Positions 1 through 13,884 of a stretch of DNA of 64,000 nucleotides are shown here, piece by piece. The notes beneath the pieces are model-generated. The model was not told where the DNA came from, did not search any database, and saw only the letters and a program-made list of their open reading frames with translations. The position numbers were made by a program, and so were the translations under genes. The DNA lies in the NCBI RefSeq assembly GCF_009834535.1, contig NC_045707.1:54376001-54440000 (forward strand), read 5' to 3'. Numbering within the stretch: position 1 is the first letter of the stretch; each line of letters begins with the position of its first letter. The DNA is from Camelus ferus. Its lineage: Eukaryota.

Positions 1-1218
1 CAGAAAAGGTTCAATTCAATATTGGATGTCAATTGTTTCTGGTTAGGTGTTGAATTCACCACCATTTATGGTTAAACATAAAGAACAGAGTCTATTTTCC
101 ATTCCAAATTGAAACTTTAAGTTGCAATGACAATCAATTATCCAAAGAATTGAGGAATCTAAATTTCAGTATAAGAAGTGTCAAGAGTCACCTTTATATA
201 AAAATTGTAGATTGTTATACGTTTAGATTTCTGGAAAGATAAATGTGAAAAACCTTAGTATTTTTTTAAAACTATACATTATAACAATTGGAACAATTTT
301 TAAAGCTGTAACATTTATTTATAACCTGAATAGACTATATTCAAAAACATTTAAATAGAAAAACCAACTCTCACATAGAATAAGCATGTATGAAAGTAAA
401 ATAGCAATAATTTAAGTATGTAATCTAATAATTAAGTCTAGACATTTGGAAGCTCCATTTCATCAGAAGTGAAATATAAAATAATTTTCCTTTTTAATTT
501 GTATTTTCTGGAGCTATATAAATTAGAAAATACAGTTTTAAAAACATCAGTTGTAATGCTTCCAGAATTCAGGGTAAGGAATGGGAAATTCTCTTCCGTT
601 GATTTTTTTCTTTTAGGACTCTACTTTCCAGCTTTTGCCTTCCAAATATATGCATGTGATGACTCCTTTTCTCTACTGCATTCCTATAATACCTTAATAT
701 ACAAATATATGTGTAACATGATACTTTACATGTTATAAATATATATATAAATATTATATGCTTTATAAAATTATCTTGCTCTGTTGTAACTATTTATCTA
801 ATTTTCCCTTAAAGTAATCTGTGAATTTTTTAAGGGTAAGTGTAATACTTAGCTTATTATGTGTCTTGCCCATCAATAATTGTTGAATTAATTGTATAAC
901 CAACCGAATGTTTGCACCTTGTCTTAAAACCATCATCATGCTTTCAATTCTTATCTAATTTAACATTTAACATCATCTTATCTCTTATCTAGTTTAACAT
1001 TTAAATTATGTTTTAAATTATATTCAATATACATATTAATACATTTCAAATAATAAAAAAGATGGTGCCTAGAAGTTCTTTTTTAAAGCAAAAATATCCC
1101 TGAAACACACTGTACTAATCCAAAAGAGTATGACTGTATTAATGAGAATAATTTTTAAACATATGTATAAATTGCATTATATTTTTTAATTATAACAAGG
1201 GAAAGATAACAGTCTTAC

Positions 1219-1398
1219 CCTTTTCCAGTAATATATTTCTCAGTTAGTAAATTAAATTCTCTAATCTGGGACCGACAAAGTACCAGGAAATGCTCTAATT
1301 CTAGTTGATAGTGTTCTTCAGTGTGACTTTCTGAATAAGAGGGTAGCATTTCATCATTGAGGATTCTTAGAGCAGGTAATATTTTAAGTAGAGAATGC
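1219..1398 (-). CDS. LRRIQ1: LRRIQ1 coding exon (about exon 16), 180 nt, (R)HSLLKILPALRILNDEML...FNLLTEKYITGK
   Basis: tccaatag|G...AAA GG|gtaaga; phase 2 to 2; LPxLxxLN LRR-cap motif. Confidence 0.95.
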
Positions 1399-2250
1399 CT
1401 ATTGGAAACAGGAAAATAATTAATCTTGAAAAGGAGAGTTTATATCTAAAATAATTACATGCCTATTACTTAATATAAGCACAGAGTATAGTTCAGAAGC
1501 CATTATTGATTTTGCAGAGAAAATATACTGTTAAATTAATTTTTTAAATGTATGGTATCATATCATGTACAAAGTAAGTTTTAGAGTTTTTGACACACAT
1601 TTAACCATTTTCTTCTAAAATACAAATGGGAAATTCAAGCAGTTGGAAACTTGGGCTGCGAGTAAATAAAAGGCTGCATTATGAGAAGCACAGTATCAGA
1701 CACACTCCTTTAAAAATAATATAATTAAAATAAGTTGCTGTTTATTTCAGAAATACATATGAGTTCTGATTGAGTCTCAATAAAATATAGTAAGAGTTGG
1801 GCTAAAACAAGCAAGGTGGTGATTACCATGATTTTCATGATCTGAAAAATCCAAAATGATAATATTTCTCCTTGAATTATAATTCAAGGATTATAATAAA
1901 AATCTATTATAATATAATAAAATCTATTATATATTTAATATATATTATATAATATATATTTTACTTACTCAGAAAAAGGGGTACACTATATATTATATTA
2001 TATATAATACAATCTATTATAATATATTAAAAATAAGAAATGGGCAAAAGTATATATCAATTTAAAAGAGCAATGCTGTGAAAAACTAGGTCAGAAAGCA
2101 AGAGTGGTCCACCAAGCCTAGCCACTTAGAAGTACTTCCCAAGCCTTTCACAAGACGAGCCTGGGCTTTTAACAAGGCTATTGATGGTCACAGGGGCAAA
2201 ATAGACTTCTCGAATGGGTAAAACTCCTTAGTGAAAAACTAACAGTTCCT

Positions 2251-4059
2251 ATGAGGAAAACTACCAATCACTGACAAAAGATATCAAAGAAGACTAAACA
2301 AATGGAAAAACGTCCCATGAAAAATCTTCATGGATAAGAAGATTCAATATTGTCAAGAAGTCAGTTTTTCCCAACTTGATCTATGGATAAAATACAATTC
2401 CAGTAAAATACCAGCAAGATATTTTGTGGATATCAACAACTGATTCTAAAGTTTATATGAAGAGGCAACACATGCTGAGAGTCTACTTAATTTTGAAGGA
2501 GAAGAGCAAAGTTGGAAGACTAACACTACCTGACTTCAAGATTTACCTATGAAGCTACAGTAACCAAGAAAACGTGGTAACAGCCAAAAATAGACAAGTA
2601 GATCAGTGGAACAGAAGAGAGAACACAGAAATACACCCACATAATACAGTAAACTGATCTTTGACAAAAGAGCAAACACAACACAAGAAGAAAAGATAAT
2701 CCTTTCAACTACTGGTGCTAGAACAACTGAACACCCACATGAAAAATAAAATCTAGACACAGACCTCTCACCTTTCACAAAAATTAGCTCAAAACGGATC
2801 ATAAACCTAAAAGCAAAATGCAAAACCTTGAAACTCCTAGAAGTTAAATAGAAGAAAATCTAGATGACCTTGGTTATGGGAATAACTTTTTAGGTACAAT
2901 ACCAAAGACATATCTGTGAAAAAATTATTGATGAGTTGAAATTCCTTAAAATTAAAAATTCCTGCTCCTAGGGACACTGTAAAGAGAATATGTCATACAT
3001 TAGAAGAAAGTATTTACAAAAGACACATCTGATACAAGACTATTATTCAAAATATACAAAGTATTCTTAAAACTAAGAGAAATGAATGTCTCAAAAATGA
3101 GCCAAAGACCTTAAAAGACATCTCACCAAAGAAAGGATGGCAAATAAGCATTAATTAAGGAATTTCAAATTGTAATGAGATACCATTAGCTCTGTATTAA
3201 AATGTCTACAATCCAAAACACTGAAAACATCAAATGCTGGTGAGGATGTGGAGAAATGGGAATTCTCATTAAGTGCTGGTGGTAATTCAAAAATGGTAGA
3301 GACACTTTGGAAGACAGTTTGGTGGTTAACATATTTTTACCATTCGATCTAGCAATCAGGCTCCTTGGTATTTACCCAAATGAATTGAAAACTTATGTCC
3401 ACACAAAAAGCTGCCCACAGATGTTTACAGCAGCTTTATTTGTATTAGCCAAAACTTGAAAGCAATCAAGATGTCCTTCAGTAGGTGAACTGACAAACTG
3501 CAATACATCCATGCAATGTAATATTATTTAATACTAAAAAGAAATGAACTATCAAGCCATGAACAAACAAGTAAGAAACTTAAGTGCATATTACTAAGTG
3601 GAAAAAGCCAATATGAAAAGGCTATATACTGTATTATGATTCCAATGGCATTACAGTCTGGGAAAAAAGCAAAACTATGAAGACAAAAAAATTAATGGTT
3701 GCCAGGGGTTAAAATAGAGGAGGAGATGAACAGGCAAAGCACAGAGGATTTTTAGGGCAGTACAACACTTCCATATAATACTATATGGTAGATACATGTC
3801 ATTACACATTTGCCAAAACCTTGGAATGTAGAACACCAAGAGGGAACCCCAAAGTAAATTATGGACTTCGGGTGATAATGATGGGTCAGTGTAGGTTCAC
3901 TGATTGTAAAAGGTGTACCACTTTGGTGCAGAATTTTGACAGGGAGTCTGTGTGTGTAGGGACGGGGGTATGTGGGAACTCTCTGTACTTTGCGTTCAAT
4001 TTTGCTATTGACCTAAAATTTCTCTAAAAAATAAAGTTTATTAATTAAAAAACAAAACA
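2251..4059 (+). mobile_element. 5'-truncated LINE-1 (L1MC-like): ORF2 C-terminal remnant, 3' UTR and A-rich tail
   Basis: Typical L1 ORF2 text (tggataagaagattcaatattgtcaaga; aaactgatctttgacaaaagagcaaa), L1MC-type 3' UTR (gatacatgtcattacacatttg...), aataaa at about 4030 then an A-rich tail. Confidence 0.9.
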
Positions 4060-5739
4060 AAGAGTTCCTGAACACTAAATAAAGGATGGCAAGGTAAGAT
4101 GACTAAAATACTAAGAGTTAAGAAGGAAAACTCCAGTCAGAGCCCTAGCTTCAGTTATTTCTTCTACCTAGACTGTAGAGTCAGGATTGATAAATCCATT
4201 TAATTACATTTTTTTAATGGAGGAAGTGGTCCATCACCCCTCCACCACTCCAGAAGTAATGCGTTTTCGTTTTCTCCTTACAGACATTTAATAGGGAAAG
4301 TGTTAAAAGGATTAGATTTGGTTCTTCAGGGTAATTATCAGATGTTTTACAACATTAAGAAACAGATAAAAGCTTAATGCTTTGCTAATAAAGAGTTTAG
4401 ACTAATTAAGAAAATTTGAACCCACATATTTTGAACTTTTTTAGGAGGCTTGGAGCTAGAAATGCTTGCCAAATCATAAACTACCTACCACATTTACCAC
4501 AAAAGGTTAAACAAACAGCATACATTGTGTTTCTGGTTAGATTCACTTTAAGATATGGTTCAAAAGCAGAATGTTACACTGAGATAACATTTATTCATAA
4601 TAAGTGATGAGGTAATCAGAGGTATTCACCTCAAAAGTATAATATCAAATAAAACATGAAATCTTTAACTGAGGTTCTCTTCAAAGCAGGGGAAGGTTAC
4701 TCTCTGAAATTGAAGCTGAGAATAATAAAAATACAATGGAGAATTGACTATCCATATTCCACCCTGCCAGTTTATTACAGTAGTAAGGAAGCTACATTAT
4801 ATTCTAAATCAATCTTTCTTCTTTCTCTCTTTCTTTTCTTTTATTTTGTTATGAAGTGAAACTTTTTACTAAAATTGCAGTCAATCAAGTAATTATTTTT
4901 GAGAGATGACAGGATTTTGGCAAACAAGGTGGATCCATCTCAACTTAGTGAATTCTAAATCTTTATCAAAACACCCAGTAAACTTTTCTTCAAGACACAA
5001 CTGCAATGTCAAAATAACTTATTTAATTATAATTATAAAATGTCAGGTATGAAATAATGATTTTTGAGATGTAATAATAAATGGTAATGAAAGTTAAGAC
5101 TGTATTGGTGTTCCATCCAGCTTAAAAAAGACGATCTGATTGTATTACTGGTTGTTTCTTTGGATTAAATTTCCCAAATTATAGAAGAGCAAATACAAAG
5201 CTTTAATAATTTGATGTAAATAGTTCTTGAGAATAGCCAACGGTTCTAATTCTTTGGGCACCAAGCAAATTTCTATCTGATACCCTGGTCTTCAGAGTGG
5301 ACCTGACTAGCAGAAGGAATGGGATGGGCCAATGACAGGCACTAGACTTTGAAACAGGTGTATCTTACAAAGGAAAATTAATAACGTATATTATCTTGTT
5401 ATTAGTTGGATTTCTTAGGAGTTAGGTAAAGTTGATTTTCTTTTCTTCTAGGGTATAATCATTTCAGTAAGCTGTTGTAAGCACAGAACTTTTCACCAGG
5501 ATGCTGGACCCACAGTGGTAGTGCAGATGCAGTGACCCCTATGAGACACTCCTGAGCAGCCATCTTTCAGGTCTCAATTTGGTTAAATGAGGAGGTGTCA
5601 GCAAAAGGAAGGCAATGCTCATGTTGCTAACATGAGAACCTCAGGGTCAAACACACCTATTCTTTTTCTTAGTCACTCTCGAAATCCACTGAGACAGGAA
5701 TTCAAGCTAGATCCCTCTGTGTGACTCCAACCCTGCAGG

Positions 5740-5908
5740 GTGGTGTTTCTGAAGAGACTGTCTTTCACCTACTCCATCAGTGGTACTGAAGATGCCTTTT
5801 AAAATGCAGTATTCAGCTACACAAAGATCTCTACTGGTGGGTTCAGGGGAATCTGTATTTTTAGTATATAGACTTTCTAGTGCACCTTAAAGAATAAAAT
5901 CACTGCAT
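5740..5908. mobile_element. Degenerate MER5-like hAT-Charlie fragment
   Basis: ttttaaaatgcagtattcag...ggggaatctgtattttta...aagaataaaatcactgc resembles the MER5 consensus. Confidence 0.4.
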
Positions 5909-8900
5909 TGGGAAGAAAGTAGACTACAACATGTTATGCTAAAATCAGAGATGACAGGTTTAAAGTTAAAAAAAAAATAACCTCTGAAATTCTAATCATT
6001 TGCAAATTGTCTGAAATTTACCAAAATATAGCTTGCATGAAAACTTGTAGCAAACTCTATATATCAACAGTATCAGGAGAATTTGCTAAAATAAGTGATA
6101 TTTTGGTCTTGAGCAGTTATATTCCAGTAATATGTCACTGGTTAACATTGCCATTGGTTTTATATAAATGATATGAATATTTCTTAGAAGACTATTCCTG
6201 TAACTCTAAAAATTAAGAGTACATACCAAATATATGAAAAAAATCAGTTTTCTATTCAGAAGTAATTGATAGTTAGAATGAAGAGTGATTTTAACTAAGA
6301 AAATCTAATACAATCCAAGAGGCAAAAATATAAGAATTTGCTTTATCAGACTAAGAGACATATCTGTATTTTACCACAAATATTTTATTTAACAAAATAA
6401 GCATTTTTGCTCCAGATGACCAAAGAACTGAAAAATAAATTCAAAGATAATACAGGACATTAGATTTATTTCTACGTGTTGCAGCTGGCATCGTGTGGAG
6501 CTGTTGAGATATTGACACCAGATCAGCAAGGGGCAAAATAATCATTTTATCATCAAACACTATATTCTGGACATGGTTATTGATATAGATATCATTATGT
6601 ACAATATTTTAGCTACATACAATAATTCTAAAGAATGTGGGTCAATAGGTCTTGAATTTTTACATTTAGATTATGCTGATGTTATATTCATCATCTTTAT
6701 ATTTTAAAAAAAACCAGTTTATTTCAGTCAGAATATTTTGAACTTCTTTTGGATGTAAAAATTTAGTTTGCTTGGATCTTTAAGAGTGTGACAATGTCTT
6801 GAAATTTTTGAATTATATAATAAATACCTAGACTGGAGTTTGTGTTCTACTTAAACATTTTTTCTTAATTTTTCTTAAGGAACAGTAGTCAGATTTGTGT
6901 AAGTTAGTAGTGCATGGATTGAGCTTGAATTCAAATGCAGTCTTATGAGAGCCTATGATAAATATGTTAGACAGTGCTGTAACGAGTTGATTCATGCTGG
7001 AGACGAAGTATAAGGACACTGTGAGATCTCAGCATTAGTTTTTCCAGCTGGGCTCCTCCTAGTCAAGGGCTGAATCAATATTTCATTTAGTGAAAACTTC
7101 CTGGTGCATATTCTGTCACTTAAGAAGCTCTATTAATCATTAATGAATGAAACACATTCCCAAAGGAAATTCCAAACTGAGTCTGTGGATTAAGTTTTAA
7201 AAAGAGATTTTTTAGTACATCAGTTTTGTTCGTGTTATCACTGGCTAGACATGAAAGTAAGAAGCCAATGGGGAAAATCTATAACTAATCCCTCTGTTGG
7301 TATCAGGGGGTTATGTAAAGTTCACTGGAACACACTGGTTAAAGTTTGAGTTGATCCTTTCATTAGCAAATCCGTATTTTATAGATTACTAGATTTTAAA
7401 CCCTTTAGATAAATGAATCTCTTCTTAAAATTATAAAAGCTGTATTAGGTCAACTGATCTAAGTGAAATTTGATAGGCAAAATTTTCAAGTTGGTATTAC
7501 TCTAGTCCAGAAAAGTTCATTTAAACACATAAATTGTAATAGCTAAATAATTGTACATATTTATAGTATAAATACTTATTTTCATTCAGTATTGATTATT
7601 TCTAATTAAATATTTTCCTTAAGACTTCTAAATATACATAGTAAGTACAGTAAAATGTGAATATTTCTTTTTATATACTTACAACAGTTTTCTATCAATA
7701 GATTTTACAACAAGCATATTTTATGCAATAAAATAAAATGTTTATGCCTCCCACAAACAAAATAACAAAAAATAAATAATTTCAAAGATTATTCAGGATA
7801 TAGGTTTATTTCTAGTTGTTGCAACTGGCAATGTAGCAGCTGTTCAGATGGTAATTGATACCAGATCAACAAGAAAAGTCATGTGCTATTTGCCCAACAC
7901 CTAATAGAAAAACCACTGCCCCTAAAGAACTTGCTCCAAATAAAAGGCACAGCTGCTACTTTTATTTGTCACTGCATGCCAACTATGTAACTTGGTTTTT
8001 ATAGTTACTTAGGAAAATAAAAATCTCTCTCTAAAAACAACCCATCAGACATTTTCATTATAAATTATATCACCTGCCAGGCATTCTTTTGGACATACTT
8101 ACACTCTTCCTTTTGTATAGGAAATTTCATTCTAAGATCTGGTTCCTAGAAATGAGGACCCAAAACTTGGGATTAGTGCTTTGAACCCAATGTTAGAGAA
8201 GCACTGCCCCAGAGTGTGAGCCACTGCATCTGATGGGGACCCCGACTGCTTCTCTTCCAGAAGAGGGGGTCTCTCACCACTCTGGCAAAAAGTCTAAAAC
8301 ATATTTACGTGGCCTATTCACACATATGCACAAATTCTTTACATAGTTGTAATTTCTGATCCCCTTATGATTTGACATTAACTAATAGGTGACATTTCCT
8401 ATAATAATTTGTCCTAAGATCAGTTTCTTAGGAAACTTGGAGAATCTGATAAACACTATGGTTCCTTAGGAGTCTAAGGACTCCAATTTTAGAACTCCAG
8501 ATATGGATAATTGTTGCAACTCAACAATAACACAAATTGTCAATTTATAGAAAAGAACATTTCAATCACTAAAGTATACTTAAATTCAATAGAAAACTTA
8601 GAGGGGCTGAAACAGAATTTTTTTCAAGCTTTTACACATACACGTAATTAAATTCAGTAATGTATTCTTCCAACAAATAATTTTAGATGTCTAAATGCAA
8701 TGCATACAAGGATTTGTGTGTGTGTATATATATATATATATTTTTTTTTTCTTCCAGCTTTAAACTAGAAGGATCTATACAGTAATCTCAGGCCACTTCT
8801 ACTACTTAATTTTATACATTTTTAATGCTTGGACTTTCATTTAATTTGGCTACTTTTCCCTAATCTCTTGTCACTTTTCCACTAAAAACAAGCTTTCCCA

Positions 8901-8964
8901 AACACTACTTTCCTTTTCACACAACTATTCAAATTTTCTCTACAGCTTCTTAAAAATCATGGCT

Positions 8965-9580
8965 CACATTTATTGAGTGTACTATTTGCTAGGAACTACT
9001 ATGAAGTGCTTCCACATGGTAACACACTTACTCCTCCCAGAGACTGTTTCTGTGCTCTGATACCCAGGTTCGTCTCTGTTTCCCAGCTTCTTCTGCAGTT
9101 AGCTTGGCTGTGTGACTAGTTATAGCCAATGGAATATCTGTGATCACTGCCACTCTTGAGGGCCGAGTGATAAAATGTCAATTGTGCTTTGCTGGTGGTC
9201 TTTTCCCCCTACCACAGTCTACTACCTAAAAAAGTCAGGCTACATTGAAGTTATATGACACAGAGCCACAAAATTGGAGCAGCTTGAATTTCTTTGTGTG
9301 CTTAGATTAGACAGGCCAAACTCACATCGGATGTAATGTAAACAAAAATAAACTACTGCATTAAACCATAAGATTTCTGAGTTTGTTGTTGTGTAGCATA
9401 ACGTATGTTACCCTGATGAATACATTCTATGATATGGGTACTATTATGATGCCCAATTTACTGGTGAGAAACAGACATAGCAACATTAAGTAACTTGAGC
9501 AAGCAGATAGCTAGGAAGTGGTGGAACTAGATATGCACCTAGCAGTTTACTCACAAGATCTATGTATATACTCACTATGC
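8965..9580. mobile_element. MIR SINE (minus) interrupted by an MLT1J/K-like MaLR LTR (about 9045-9424)
   Basis: MIR halves (catttattgagtgtacta...; tactattatgatgcccaatttactggtgagaaacagac) flank an LTR ending aataaac...taccctgatgaataca. Confidence 0.65.
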
Positions 9581-10204
9581 TGTGGTCCCTTCTCCATGAC
9601 CACAGGATAAAAGACATTTTTATCCTAGCATGCAAAACCCTTGAGAGTCCGGCAATAATGTATCAGGAGAAACAGCAGAGCACAATGTTGAAATTCCAGG
9701 CTTCAGAACTCAGATCCCACCCCTGACACGGACTCACTTCATAACAGGGCAAATAACAAGGTATCTAAGCTGCAATAAATACATCTGTAAGATGAGAAAG
9801 ATAAATACAGAAGCCAACTCAGATGCTGTAATGTGAAGTAATATGTATAGGTACCTAGCCTACTCTGACACACTCTAAGTGTAAGCACTTGATTTCCTAT
9901 TTCTTTCCAATGGTATTTCCCACTATACCCACTGCCCTGAAGAGACAGGCCTTCTAACAGAGCCCAACCGCGCCTTTCACATTCCCTCCATGTTTTGGAT
10001 ATTTCCTCCGTCAGAAGTGCTTTCTGTTTGTTTGTTTTAGTTTGATCTTCAACCTTACCAAACTTTTGAGGTTTAACTCAAAGTTTGTCTCTTCAACACA
10101 GGCAGTTTTTCCTGGTCACACTAAATTAAGGTAATATTTCCAAATTTCTAAAGCATATCTGTTGCCTACAATAATCATCTGACACTTATATTTTATTAGG
10201 TACT

Positions 10205-10420
10205 AAAATCCAAGAGCACAGACTCTGGAGCTAGACTGGGATTTGAACCCTGGCTCTTCTACTTGCTGGCTGTGGGAAACTGGGAGGTTATCTAGTCGTT
10301 TTTGTAACTCAGTTTCCTGAACTATAAAATGGGGACACTAGGTAGCTATTTCATTAGGCATATTGTGAGGATTAAATGAGAACATTGCTGGGTGCAAAGT
10401 AAATGTTGTATCAGTATCTG
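10205..10420 (+). mobile_element. MIR SINE
   Basis: aagagcacagactctggagctagactgggatttgaaccctggctct...ctcagtttcctgaactataaaatgggg...gtgaggattaaatgag. Confidence 0.85.
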
Positions 10421-10619
10421 CTATAGTTTTCATGGTTATCAATTTTTGTATACATTTTCTATCTGTAACAAGGTTATAAAAATAGCCTGAAGTCATGGGT
10501 TACATTGAATTTCCTTTATAATGTCCAACATGTTAGGCCACATGATATACACTAAATACTTGGTGATTGAATAAGAACCCATATACACTCTGGTTGGCCT
10601 AGCAACAGAAAATCATGGA

Positions 10620-10800
10620 TTTTTTTTATGTTTACCATGTCCAGGAATTGTTCTAAACAAAATATATGCATTATCCCATTCAAATCTAATGACTATCCCA
10701 TAAGATAGGTACTATTATTATCCTCATTTTACCAATGAAGATTCAGAGCCATAGAAAGTTACTTGGCCAGGATCACACAATATGGGGCAGGAGGAAGATG
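10620..10800 (-). mobile_element. MIR SINE
   Basis: ataggtactattattatcctcattttaccaatgaagattcagag...aagttacttggccaggatcacaca. Confidence 0.75.
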
Positions 10801-10814
10801 TCCATGTTTAAAAA

Positions 10815-10997
10815 CAGTGATTTCCAAGTTTCAGTGCACAGTGAATTACCCAAAGGGCTTGTTAAAACACAGATTACTGGGAATCAGCCTCTAGTTTCTA
10901 ATTCAGTGGGTCTAGACAGTGTGCAAGATTTTGCATTTCTAACAGGTTTCCAGGTGATGAAGCTGCTGGTTTGGGGAACACCTTTAAGAACCACAGC
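10815..10997. mobile_element. MER5A hAT-Charlie non-autonomous DNA transposon
   Basis: cagtgatttccaa...gggcttgttaaaacacagattactggg...ttgcatttctaacaggtttccaggtgatg...tttaagaaccacag. Confidence 0.85.
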
Positions 10998-11879
10998 ACT
11001 GGGTTACACTCTTCAATGCTACACAGCTTAAACTGCCCTTGGAAACAGATGTTTCCAAACTAGAAGTTGACAAGTTCTGTCCTAAAACATGTGGAAACAT
11101 ACCAAGTTTCCCTAAAAAACAGTGTAACATTAGAAATTTATGTGGCAACTGAGCTTTAAGGAAAAAAGAAAGAAAAACAGATTTTCTGGAAAAGATGATA
11201 ACTCTTCTGCAATACTCAAGTTGTCAATGAGTAGCAAAGCACACAGGTGTTTGACTTGGTGTAAAAATGCAGCTATCTTCTTAATCAAAAGCCAATGAAC
11301 TAATTCAGGAAACAATACGTCTAGAAAGACGATGTCAGAAGTTTTCAGCAGCCTCAGAGGGAGGGAACAGAGACTACTCCCTGATTCTCTTATCTTTTTC
11401 TACAGGCAGATTAAGTCAGATGTAGGAATTTTAAACATAATCAGATCATTGGTTCTATGTAAGATATATTCCTCTGAAGTCATCAGAAGAACAAGGGTCT
11501 TCACAGCTATGGCCACACATCACAGAAACCAAATCAGGGCAAAGAGTCAACTGCTTCTTCCCTAGGATCAGGGAAGAATTGAAACCTTTTTTTCAATTAA
11601 TCATTTCTCCTTGTCTGTATTTTGTTCATAAGTGTATTTTCATTACTTGATCAAATTGATAAGACTTGCTGACTTGATCCAAACTGAGGATCCTGAAACA
11701 GATTTTCCTACCTGAATTTTAGTAAATGTTTGCCTTTCTCTACATTTAGTGTGTTGCCAAACCCACCTTGCTAAATTAGGCTATAAGCCCTGGATTGTTT
11801 TGCCTTGATGTATCATTGACCTGATATGATACAAATATCAAATGTACAATAAGTCATGTTAAAACATCTAACAAATGCA

Positions 11880-13290
11880 TGCTGCTGGACATAAAAAGAG
11901 ATAAGAGTTCAGGCCAGAATCATCACCAGGACCAGAAAACTCCAAAGTGGACATATGCAAAGTGTTTCAGTATCCTGGGATGATTCTAACCTGGCCCCAA
12001 TAAATGAGTAATGATCTGAGGATGTGTGAGAAAAACCACTTAAAGTCAAGGGAAAGAAGTGGAAAGCAAAAAGGCAGAAAAATTACAGGAACCCACAAGG
12101 AGATAAGAATAATTCTCATTAGCCAAAGTTGAAAGGGTACAAGATACACATAAGAGACATCAGGCAGAATACTCAGAAAATTGGTGTCTTAGTAGTGGGG
12201 CTAAATTAGTATTAGTCTAAAAATTCTTTGGGATGTCTATAACAGAACTTAAAAGCAAGCTTTGAAAGCATCTCATTAATTCCAAGTAACTTAGCTGCTG
12301 CAAAGTCAGAAGTAAAATAGATGTTATTTAAAGGAGAAAGAAACCAAATTAAGAAATCAACAATATGAAATTGTAAATGTCCAGAATACAACCAAAATTG
12401 GCCAGGTATCCAAGAAGCAGAAAAGTATGACCCAGAATCAGAAAAAAATAAAAAAAGATAGACCTCAAAATGATAAAGATAATGAAACTAACTGACAAGG
12501 ATGTTAAAACAGCTATTATAAATATTATCCATATGTTCAAGATAGTTCAGGAAAATATGAGCATGATTAGGAGAAAAATTGTAAATGTTAAAAAATAAAG
12601 GAAACGTCTAGAAATGAAAATCACAATATCTGATCTGAACTGAAGCAGTCTAGATGGGATTAACAGGAGCATAGACACAAAAGAAGAAAATATCAGAGGA
12701 CTTGAACGCACAGCAATAACTAGTAAGACTGAAATATAGGCAGAAAAAAGAGCAGTAAATATAAGAACAGAGCAATAGTGACTTCTGGAATATATCAAGT
12801 GGTATAATACTGGTGAAGGTAGAGTCCTAGTAGGATGAGACAGAAAGGAGGCAGAAAAAATATTTGAAAAAATAATGGCCAAAATTTTTCCAAATACTAT
12901 GGCAACTATAAATCCACTGTATCCAAGAGGTTCAGTCAATCCTGACAAGAGTACATCTGTATAAAACCACACCAAGGCACATTATAATCAAATTGCTGAA
13001 AACCACTGATAAAGACAACACCTTAAAAGAATCGAGAGACAGAGGAATGAAGAAAGAATGTCCAGAGATTTCTCATCAGAAACAATGAAGGCCATGAGAG
13101 AGCGGAGAGACGGTTTTAAAGTACTGGGAAAGAGAGGACCGACTGCAAAGGGGCCATGAAGTAATTTTTTGAGGTGATAAAAATGTTCAATATCTTGACT
13201 ATGGTGATTTTTACACAATATGTGTACTCATAAACAACACTGATTAAGTTTATCATATGTAAATTATCTTAAAAAATCTGATTACAAAAA
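11880..13290 (+). mobile_element. Old LINE-1 fragments (5'/ORF1 region and 3' piece)
   Basis: ORF1-like remnants (atatttgaaaaaataatggccaaaatttttccaaat; accaaggcacattataatcaaattgctgaaaacc; ttctcatcagaaacaatgaaggcca). Confidence 0.8.
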
Positions 13291-13884
13291 AAGATGAGGG
13301 TCAACTTGGAGAAAATAGTGTTAGCATAATATGAGAGTTTCAGATTAGAGAAACTTTTCTCAAAAGTAAAATTCATTTAAAAAAATCACAAAATACTTTT
13401 CTTCATTTATATCTAGGTGCATTCCAAAGAGAGGCATGAATTCATATATGCTTATAGTATCTACTTTAACAGACACTATATTTCTCTTGTAGGAAAATAA
13501 AACAAAATCATCTTACTGGCAGAAAGGAAATAATTTTAAATAGCACACTATGGGATTTAAATGACTCAAAAAGTAATTCCCAAAAAATGGCTTTTCTGTA
13601 AATATAAAACCTAAGTTAACATCATACTAAAACTGTCACATCATCAATGGTATGGATCGAACTGTCATTTCAAATTTGCATTAGTTCATATATGTATAAA
13701 CAATTATTTTAGGCAGAAGATTTTCTTAAACTATTTTTACAAAACCGTTGTTTCGAATAACTTTTAAATTATTTTTTAATTAATGTTTCCCAAGCAATTA
13801 GTACACACAGAACAATTTTTATCGAATTACGTTCTCGGCAACTATAATAAAGTATGTACTTAGGGTACAACAATGCTTCTTTAC

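Noticed and set aside
1890..2035. AT-rich repeats (aatctattataatat); also short duplications at about 949-1003 and 25441-25475
   Set aside because: Ordinary low-complexity or slippage sequence.
12349..13218. Hydrophobic, membrane-protein-like minus-strand ORFs (also 27259-28768)
   Set aside because: Reverse complement of A-rich decayed L1 sequence.
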